From positions 1-13,675 of the forward strand of contig JBHLPF010000024.1 in assembly GCA_048939765.1 (NCBI GenBank): 13,675 nt of DNA. Reading direction: 5' to 3'. Shown piece after piece: positions 7,791 through 13,675 of the stretch. The notes under the pieces are model-generated. The model saw nothing but the letters and a program-made list of their open reading frames with translations, searched no databases and was not told where the DNA came from. The translations under genes and the position numbers were made by a program. The stretch's first letter is position 1. The number at the start of each line of letters is the position of its first letter. This DNA is from Promethearchaeota archaeon (GTDB taxonomy: Archaea; Asgardarchaeota; Thorarchaeia; Thorarchaeales; Thorarchaeaceae).

Positions 7791-10094
7791 TTATTTCTTT
7801 CCCCGAAGTCCGGGAAACCAATACTGTGTACTCTTTGAATAACTCCGCTGCATTTTGGCGACGCCCTCTTCGACCAACAAATCCAGAGCGTTCTTGACAC
7901 GCTCTTCAGTCCAACCAAGCTTCACAATCGCCGCCTCAATCGTCAAACTTCCATCCCCGTCTGCTGCTAGACTCATGAGCTGCTGAGGATCATCAGTCAA
8001 TGCGACTGGAATGAATTTTACAATCACTGCTCCGCTCTCGAGTGTGGAAAGCCCTTCGATGAGACCTTCCTTAGACATATCCTTGATGATGTCTTCCGCT
8101 TCATCTGAACTAGTGGCCCAGCCCATATTGTCAAGACGCAAAAGGAGTTCGGAGAAGAGCATCACTCCACCAGACTCCCTGGAATCTTCGGCAAGTCGTA
8201 GAATGTCTCGTCTCACGCCATCAATGCGATCGTCTCGTTTGAGGAGGCCTTTGACCATGCCTCGCTTCTTTCTTGCCTGAGCAATCCAGGCTTCCGGATC
8301 ATATCCTAGCTCAGATAGCAATTCGACCAGCGCACTTCTGTATGCTGGAATCTTTAGAAGTGTAGTCCCTTGTTTCTCGAATGCTTCTCCGAGTCTTTCT
8401 CGAATTCGTTCAATTCTGTTTGCACGATCAAGAAGGACATCCAGCTCCTTATCCAATCTCTCTTCTTTTGAGAGTGGGCTAAGTACTACCGGAACGACGA
8501 TATTTCCTGGTGTATTGAGTGTGAACTCCAAATGGCGTTCACGATAGCCTTTGGCACTAACTCGTCCCTCATAATTGCTCTTTGGAAGGGAGGCTTTTAT
8601 CACTCCTTTGGAGTCTGAACTCGCGGTAAAAGCACCCAACTCGAGAAGAGCTTCAGGCACCGGATTTCCTGAATCGTCGTACACATGGAATCTAACCCTG
8701 CAAGCTGCATCTCCCGCCGGGAAGACCCTGGACTTTTTCACCCTCCTTGCTTTGACACTCTGCTCAGGAATCCCGTCGAGAATTGAGTCCAGCTCCTGCA
8801 TCATTGATCTTTTGACCAAGCCATCTGCTATGAGAGCTTGAGTCCCTTCTCGAAGCAACTCGCGAGCATGTTTTGATGCTAGAAGACTCATCTCTGTTGA
8901 GAGTTCTCTGATGTGTTTCCTCAGGGTCACATCATTGTTTGCACGACTAGCGATTATGCTTGCTATGGCACATATTGCATCTGATGACGGTATGAAGACA
9001 TCAGCAAATTCTCGCAACCGCCCAACTTTTTGCCGCTCATCCTTTAATCGAGAAGGCGGATATACCGTGATTTGTAAACGCCCTTTCTTGGAGAAACCAG
9101 CCATGATAAATGGAATTAGAAGAATTGATACTTTATCCTTTATTTCAATCCCTCTTAATGGTACAAGGTAATCATCTAGTAGCTCCTTTTGTTTTCGAAT
9201 CGAGGAGCTCATTGTGTTAATCTCATTACGCAGAAGCTCTTCCTGCTCTAGCAGCTTCTTTGAAGTGTCACGAGCGCGTCCAAGCAATTCTTCGAGCCGT
9301 GCCTCATCCCTCTCTAGCGCATCAGCTCTTGCCTTTCTTTCACGTTTCAATTCTGCGGCATCGCGTCTTTGCTCCAAACGAGAATCGAGCATTTCAATCT
9401 CTCTCTTCAAAAAGTCTATTCGTTGCTCTAGCCTACTGGTTTTATGAGATGACTCGGATTTGCTCTCATCGACAATATGCTGGATTCTCTGATGAATCAT
9501 ATCTAGCAGTCTTGAGAGAAGGTCATTGGCCGAGTCAACGGTGCTGGAAGTTTCGTAAAGAGTGTCAAACAGACGAGATGCTTCTTTGCTACTAATGGCC
9601 TCGGGTAAAACAAGACCAAATGACTCCACAACGTCATTTATTGGCCAATCCATAAGGTCTGAAATCCCATCAGCTTGCTCTCCAGATAGCAATCCAAGAA
9701 TGGTCATCTCAGTATTCCTCATCAGAGAGGCGACAAGGTCGTGTGTATCCTCAATGCACTTTTGGAGCCGTTTTGCGGTTTCAGCTGATTCAATGCATTT
9801 CTGAATGCCTGAGATATCAATCCCACTCATGGGTAACAAATTCCCAGAGCTAATTCCAAGCAGCTCAATCAAGAAGCAGAAATTGGGTATCGAAGACTGC
9901 ACGACCATTACGGGATAGTATGTCTTGAGGACAAACTCCAGTTCTTGGCCATTCCGGGCTTCAAGAGCACGCATTACCATTGATGCAAGAACATAATCCT
10001 CAGGAACAGCCTGCTCCATTGGTGGACCTCCTGCCAACTGGATACTACGGGCTGCTGTTGTCGGGATGATGAGAGTGTCCTTCTCAATGTCCAT
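7791..10094 (-). CDS. Multidomain protein: N-terminal alpha/beta + coiled coil, carboxypeptidase-regulatory-like beta-sandwich, C-terminal ESCRT-II Vps22/Vps36 (EAP30)-like tandem winged helix
   Basis: The C-terminal ~220 aa show Snf8/Vps22 hallmarks: PAYRSALVELLSELGYDP, SGGVMLFSEL, FIPVALTDD, LGWTEERVKNALDLLVEEG and YWFPGL. The beta-sandwich reads VRFHVYDDSGNPVPEA...SDSKG...SAKGY. A heptad-rich region spans about 9200-9520. GGAG SD at 10104-10107. Confidence 0.85.
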   Translation of the reverse strand: MDIEKDTLIIPTTAARSIQLAGGPPMEQAVPEDYVLASMVMRALEARNGQELEFVLKTYYPVMVVQSSIPNFCFLIELLGISSGNLLPMSGIDISGIQKCIESAETAKRLQKCIEDTHDLVASLMRNTEMTILGLLSGEQADGISDLMDWPINDVVESFGLVLPEAISSKEASRLFDTLYETSSTVDSANDLLSRLLDMIHQRIQHIVDESKSESSHKTSRLEQRIDFLKREIEMLDSRLEQRRDAAELKRERKARADALERDEARLEELLGRARDTSKKLLEQEELLRNEINTMSSSIRKQKELLDDYLVPLRGIEIKDKVSILLIPFIMAGFSKKGRLQITVYPPSRLKDERQKVGRLREFADVFIPSSDAICAIASIIASRANNDVTLRKHIRELSTEMSLLASKHARELLREGTQALIADGLVKRSMMQELDSILDGIPEQSVKARRVKKSRVFPAGDAACRVRFHVYDDSGNPVPEALLELGAFTASSDSKGVIKASLPKSNYEGRVSAKGYRERHLEFTLNTPGNIVVPVVLSPLSKEERLDKELDVLLDRANRIERIRERLGEAFEKQGTTLLKIPAYRSALVELLSELGYDPEAWIAQARKKRGMVKGLLKRDDRIDGVRRDILRLAEDSRESGGVMLFSELLLRLDNMGWATSSDEAEDIIKDMSKEGLIEGLSTLESGAVIVKFIPVALTDDPQQLMSLAADGDGSLTIEAAIVKLGWTEERVKNALDLLVEEGVAKMQRSYSKSTQYWFPGLRGKK

Positions 10095-10182
10095 TGGGGT
10101 CCACTCCTTTCGTTGACAAAGAAAGCCTTTTCATCCTTTCTAAAACCTCATCCGATAGTTTCCGGGAGCGCTTTCTCAGGAT

Positions 10183-10548
10183 TTGGAGTACAAAAAAGCA
10201 ATGAAGAGAAACAAACCAGTCCTTGATCCATATTGCATTCATTGCGGCAGTTACAAGGGTATAGGATTCTGCGAAAATGAGTCCTGTCCGGGCTACACTG
10301 CAGAGGATGGACGAAGACAGGTCAAAATGAAATCTACATGTGTCCTTTGTAGGAATGATGCAGCTCTTTCGTGTAATCGTTGCGGTAGCATGTACTGTGA
10401 TGCGCATTCAGTGAATGGTGGTAATCGCCAGTTCGAAGGACTAGATCATCATATCGGATTATGTGCAATCTGTGGGGTTTCTGTATGCGAAAATTGCTGG
10501 ATTTTGGATGAAAAGGGGAACATCCAATGCATTGAGCATTTCGAATAG
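10183..10548 (+). CDS. Multi-zinc-finger protein (B-box-like / treble-clef repeats)
   Basis: 14 Cys in 121 aa: CxxC, Cx4C, CxxC-x7-CxxC-x4-CxxH, CxxC-x4-CxxC-x10-CxxH. Start is TTG 10183 or ATG 10201. Confidence 0.8.
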   Translation: MEYKKAMKRNKPVLDPYCIHCGSYKGIGFCENESCPGYTAEDGRRQVKMKSTCVLCRNDAALSCNRCGSMYCDAHSVNGGNRQFEGLDHHIGLCAICGVSVCENCWILDEKGNIQCIEHFE

Positions 10549-10614
10549 GGCTGAGGGAGTACATAACGGTCATTCTTTTATGCAATGATTGCCTGTCCGA
10601 GATGGGAACGACAA

Positions 10615-11718
10615 ATGCCAGAAGCCGCCTTCATCGTTCAATTGGATGACTTTCACGGGTTTCTTGTGAAAAAGCGTCATCCCTCTTCTCTTGCATTGAC
10701 AGAGACCATGCTCAATCTCGTCTATTTTGAGCACCAGCAAGGAAAAGAAGAGGAAATCAGAGATTCTGAGATTGAAGGGATGAGAATTGCTTCCTTTGCC
10801 ATGGAAGCCTTCCCAGGGTGGACAGTGTGCTATGTGCTAAACGAGGATGATGTTCTGGAGGAGATCTCTCAAGACCTCAAAGGAATGGGTAGATTCATGC
10901 TGGAACTCATGGATGCCGACCCAGAATCATTGGATATTGAAGAAGTCTTGGCTAAGAGAAGCTCCATGCCCGTTTTCGATGATGAGCAAAAAGCAGCTGC
11001 TATTTACATGACACCGTCCTCGGCCCTTCTTCTGGAAAGGCTCCACACGGAAGGTGTTGAGAGCACTGCCAAACTGTCTATGTGGCTGAAGAATCAGATT
11101 CAGAGTGACAATGTGGACTTGAGGGAGGCTATTGCGCCCTTGATGGATTCAGGCATCGTGGTTGTAGAGATTGTCGGTAAGTTGGAAACAGCTTTCCTGT
11201 TGAAAGATGTGTTTCCACACAGATCTCCACCAGCTAAGTCATTCGGGGCTACTGGTGTTGCTCATCCTAATTTGATGCTCCGGTATCAAGAGTACTTGAA
11301 GAACTTCTTTTCTCCAGACCCACCAGCAAAGGGCTACAATCCCACTTTGCCTGTTACCGATCCAAATTCGCCGATCCTAGAAGATAGAGAGAAGATTGCG
11401 AGAATTATAGCAAATAGCATCAACTACGCAGTTCTAGACTGCCTCAGAAATGGGCCGCTTCGATTGGGTCAAATTGCCAGTGAGATCTCATTCCCGGATG
11501 GTGTCGTGCAGAGGGCTCTATGGGCTATGGAAGCAGAAAGAATTGTTGCAAATTTCGAGGAAGAAGGAGTTTGGGCACTAATCACGAATCCAAAAATGGA
11601 AATCTTCATGCCGGAGTATATTCTTCCGATAGTCGCAGCAAGAATTGAAGAGAAGAAGATTAGTTCAGATACAGCAAGAAGATATTTGGAGCTTCTCGTG
11701 CAGACTTGGAGTGAGTAA
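10615..11718 (+). CDS. Longin/uDENN (NPRL2-like) N-terminal domain protein with C-terminal winged-helix domains
   Basis: The ORF opens at 10585, but ATG 10615 gives MPEAAFIVQLDDFHGFLVKKRHP, the hhhxFDxxxGxxhxxxxP start typical of uDENN/NPR2 longins. WH-like segments are LLLERLHTEG...LMDSGIV and AVLDCLRNGPLRLGQIA...ALWAMEAERIV. A TATA-like TTTTAT lies at 10576-10581. Confidence 0.65.
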   Translation: MPEAAFIVQLDDFHGFLVKKRHPSSLALTETMLNLVYFEHQQGKEEEIRDSEIEGMRIASFAMEAFPGWTVCYVLNEDDVLEEISQDLKGMGRFMLELMDADPESLDIEEVLAKRSSMPVFDDEQKAAAIYMTPSSALLLERLHTEGVESTAKLSMWLKNQIQSDNVDLREAIAPLMDSGIVVVEIVGKLETAFLLKDVFPHRSPPAKSFGATGVAHPNLMLRYQEYLKNFFSPDPPAKGYNPTLPVTDPNSPILEDREKIARIIANSINYAVLDCLRNGPLRLGQIASEISFPDGVVQRALWAMEAERIVANFEEEGVWALITNPKMEIFMPEYILPIVAARIEEKKISSDTARRYLELLVQTWSE

Positions 11719-11719
11719 G

Positions 11720-12571
11720 TTGATTCGAAGTGTCTATATTTTGGGTCAAGAAGGAGACGTTCTCTACTCCAAAGAATATGCCAAGAGTGACTCAAAGGCA
11801 AGTCTGGTCGAGTTTCTTGTGAATCTTGTCCAGTTCCTTCGGAATGTCGATCTTGAAGGAAAGACGGAGTTCATGAACGTTGCTATTTCCCGAATATTCT
11901 TCGCTCAAAGAGACCTCTTCACCTTCGTCTTCATTGCCGATAAGGCAGACGATGCGGTTCAGATTGAAGACAAGATGACTCAAATGGTTGAAACCTTCAT
12001 GAAGGACTTTGCTAACCTAGCGGCTGCGAAGCAGCCCTTGGATGGATTCGATGCCAAGGTGGATGAAATTGCAGTAACCATGGTCAAAGTGGCAATCCTT
12101 GGTTTCGCGGGTGTGGGCAAGACAACGACTCTGCATTTGTTGAGAGGAGAAACACTACCGCTTGTTCATGATCCAACAATTGGCGTAAGCATCAAGCGGC
12201 TCCCTGAAGAAGTCCAGAATGCCAACATTGTCCTCTGGGACTTGGCTGGACAATCAAGGTTCAGCATCCTCTGGGCAAAGATGATTGCAAATGCCCAGGT
12301 GGTCGTTATCGTTACGGATAGCACGCTCGAGAACGTCCTGCGAAGCAAGAAACTTGTCACCCTAGTAAAGGATGAGGTTCCTGAAGCAAAGGTAATTGGA
12401 ATCGCAAACAAGCAGGACTTACCAACAGCCTTGACCCCTGAGAGAGTAGGACAGATTCTCGGGATACCAACCTATGAATTGGTTGCGATTGATATTTCAT
12501 ACAGAGACCGACTTATTCAGATAATTCGCAAAGCGATTCTTGAGGGGAAGGCTGAAACCAAGGCTGCTTGA
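11720..12571 (+). CDS. Longin-domain / Arf-like small GTPase fusion
   Basis: G1 GFAGVGKTT (12101-12127), G2 PTIG, G3 WDLAGQ and G4 NKQD. N-terminal MIRSVYILGQEGDVLYSKEY...FTFVFIAD...FMKDF...FDAKVDEI is longin-like. The TTG at 11720 has GGAGTGA (11708-11714) upstream and sits 1 nt after the upstream TAA, so it is preferred over the ORF-track start at 11645. Confidence 0.9.
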   Translation: MIRSVYILGQEGDVLYSKEYAKSDSKASLVEFLVNLVQFLRNVDLEGKTEFMNVAISRIFFAQRDLFTFVFIADKADDAVQIEDKMTQMVETFMKDFANLAAAKQPLDGFDAKVDEIAVTMVKVAILGFAGVGKTTTLHLLRGETLPLVHDPTIGVSIKRLPEEVQNANIVLWDLAGQSRFSILWAKMIANAQVVVIVTDSTLENVLRSKKLVTLVKDEVPEAKVIGIANKQDLPTALTPERVGQILGIPTYELVAIDISYRDRLIQIIRKAILEGKAETKAA

Positions 12572-12644
12572 GGGAGTTTCAGGAATCTTCTCAACATGCT
12601 CAAAGCACGTGAATTCAAGTTTTATGTGGAATATCCACCACGGC

Positions 12645-12699
12645 AAAGGTTAAGAACCATACACAAGCAGTATCGTTATAGTAGGCTACACTAAGGTGA
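12645..12699 (+). promoter_or_regulatory. Probable BRE/TATA (AAAGGTTAAGAA) and Shine-Dalgarno (AGGTGA, 12694-12699) for the 12706 gene
   Basis: An archaeal-type purine-rich BRE plus TTAA core lies about 50 nt upstream of the ATG. AGGTGA is 6 nt before ATG 12706. Confidence 0.55.
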
Positions 12700-12705
12700 C
12701 ATTTC

Positions 12706-13251
12706 ATGGCCTTTGACATAGGTGAATTAACAACAAAACTGAAAGAGATCGAAACCTACGCTATGAAGGTTGCAGAAACCAAGAAGCTTGCCGATCAGTT
12801 GGCTGAGAACCTCGCCAAGATGAAAACGGCAATAAACAAGACGATTAATGATAGCTTCACAGAAATTGCTAATCAGATTGATACCCTGAGAAAGAATATG
12901 GAGGAAATGGAGAGCGTGAAGGCGACTGCACCTGCTGTGGCCGCACCTGTTGCTGAACCCACTCCGGCTCCTGCACCAACAGCAGAACCAACGCCCACAC
13001 CCGAACCAACTCCTGCAGCAGCTCCAACTCCCGCGCCAGCAGCTGCACCACCTGCAGAACCAGTTGCAGCTGAAGGCAGTGATCAACTAGATTTTCTGCT
13101 TCAACAGAAGGACCGGCTAAAGGCTTCACTCACGGATCTTCGATTTGACTACATGAGAGGCTATATTCCAGAGGATGATTACAAATCTAAAGAAGCAGAG
13201 CTCGATTCTCAGCTCGAAGAGATTGATCGTCAGATTGCCGGTCTGAAGTAG
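12706..13251 (+). CDS. Coiled-coil protein with Pro/Ala/Thr-rich linker and C-terminal SHOCT-like helical hairpin
   Basis: N-terminal ~70 aa with heptads, a linker of APAV/EPTP repeats (about 12920-13075), and C-terminal LTDLRFDYMRGYIPEDDYKSKEAEL. Strong SD and triple stop TAG TGA TGA. Confidence 0.85.
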   Translation: MAFDIGELTTKLKEIETYAMKVAETKKLADQLAENLAKMKTAINKTINDSFTEIANQIDTLRKNMEEMESVKATAPAVAAPVAEPTPAPAPTAEPTPTPEPTPAAAPTPAPAAAPPAEPVAAEGSDQLDFLLQQKDRLKASLTDLRFDYMRGYIPEDDYKSKEAELDSQLEEIDRQIAGLK

Positions 13252-13264
13252 TGATGATACAAGG

Positions 13265-13313
13265 TGACCAATAGCCCGAAAGAGGGCTTTGGTCAGCCCG
13301 TAGCTTCTTTTTC
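13265..13313 (+). terminator. Stem-loop followed by a T-rich tract between convergent genes
   Basis: TGACCAA (13265-13271) pairs with TTGGTCA (13289-13295), and AGCCC (13273-13277) pairs with GGGCT (13284-13288), closing a GAAAGA loop. CTTCTTTTTC follows. Confidence 0.55.
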
Positions 13314-13408
13314 CAATTTCACATTCATATGTATGTCAATTGCCAGCAATGTGGTGAGATTGAGTTTGGAGCGAGGATTGTACCATCCAAGGCACTAAAG
13401 GATGATTC

Positions 13409-13675
13409 TCACTTATTGGATTTCTTGGTCGTCTTCTTGGCCTTTGGCTTCTCTTCGGCCTTTTTCTTAGTCTTCTTTGTAGTGGTCTTTTTAGCTGCGG
13501 ACTTGGCTTCAGCGTTCTTAGTTGACTTTTTGGCCGTGGTCTTCTTAGGTTTCTCCTCAGCCTTCTTCTTCGTGACCTTCTTCTTCGGCTTAGCCTCTTC
13601 CTCAGCCTTCTTCTTCGTGACCTTCTTCTTCGGCTTAGCCTCTTCCTCAGCCTTCTTCTTCGTGACCTTCTTCTT
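13409..13675 (-). CDS. 3' end of a protein with a Lys/Ala/Thr/Glu-rich low-complexity tail (partial)
   Basis: Manual translation gives KKKVTKKKAEEEAKP-KKKVTKKKAEEEAKP-KKKVTKKKAEEKPKKTTAKKSTKNAEAKSAAKKTTTKKTKKKAEEKPKAKKTTKKSNK* with TGA at 13409-13411. The frame is open to the window edge. Confidence 0.85.
   Translation of the reverse strand, partial: KKKVTKKKAEEEAKPKKKVTKKKAEEEAKPKKKVTKKKAEEKPKKTTAKKSTKNAEAKSAAKKTTTKKTKKKAEEKPKAKKTTKKSNK
13554..13675. repeat. 45-bp coding tandem repeat (2 identical full units plus a 32-bp partial unit)
   Basis: Units 13631-13675 and 13586-13630 are identical, and 13554-13585 is a partial copy. Each unit encodes KKKVTKKKAEEEAKP. Confidence 0.95.

Noticed and set aside
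11645-11719. ORF-track N-terminal extension of the GTPase
   Set aside because: It overlaps the upstream gene by 74 nt. The SD-supported TTG at 11720 gives a typical longin start.
12920-13075. Pro/Ala-rich repeats as a DNA repeat element
   Set aside because: They are degenerate at the nucleotide level and fully explained as a low-complexity protein linker.
572-13129. Numerous short antisense or alternative-frame ORFs in the track (e.g. 1006-1320, 2715-3038, 4092-4451, 6562-6783, 10084-10407, 12727-13086)
   Set aside because: They lie within or opposite well-supported genes and have shadow-ORF composition.
13252-13300. Hairpin as a possible SECIS element
   Set aside because: It has no tandem GA quartet (the 3' side reads TCAG) and no GAA/A internal loop, and I found no in-frame UGA selenoprotein candidate nearby. 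A terminator is the simpler explanation.
13554-13675. Tandem repeat as a CRISPR array
   Set aside because: The units are directly adjacent with no unique spacers, the length is a multiple of 3 inside an open frame, and no cas genes are present.
1-13675. Mobile element, defence island, tRNA or rRNA
   Set aside because: I recognised no transposase, integrase, nuclease or terminal repeats, and no tRNA cloverleaf or rRNA-like sequence.

Overview
Archaeal DNA, most likely from an Asgard archaeon. A Thorarchaeia-like origin is my inference from gene content (HMf-type histone, archaeal GluRS and ThiI, many TTG/GTG starts, eukaryote-signature domains). The left half is largely housekeeping: a partial secreted protein, a polysaccharide deacetylase-like protein, a histone, thiI, a tandem GNAT, a basic hypothetical protein and gltX. 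The right half (about 6660-13300) is the interesting part. A 767-aa protein (coiled coil + beta-sandwich + C-terminal ESCRT-II Vps22/EAP30-like module) is followed by a YdjM-like membrane hydrolase. Divergently sit a 14-Cys zinc-finger protein, a longin/uDENN(NPRL2-like)-winged-helix protein, a translationally coupled longin-Arf-like small GTPase fusion, and a coiled-coil/Pro-Ala-linker/helical-hairpin protein. Together these suggest a candidate GTPase-switched, ESCRT-II-linked membrane module. A small Zn-ribbon protein ends in a WASP/WAVE-like acidic DDDDWD motif. The window ends inside a Lys-rich ORF with a 45-bp tandem repeat. All family calls come from motif recognition by eye; no searches were run.
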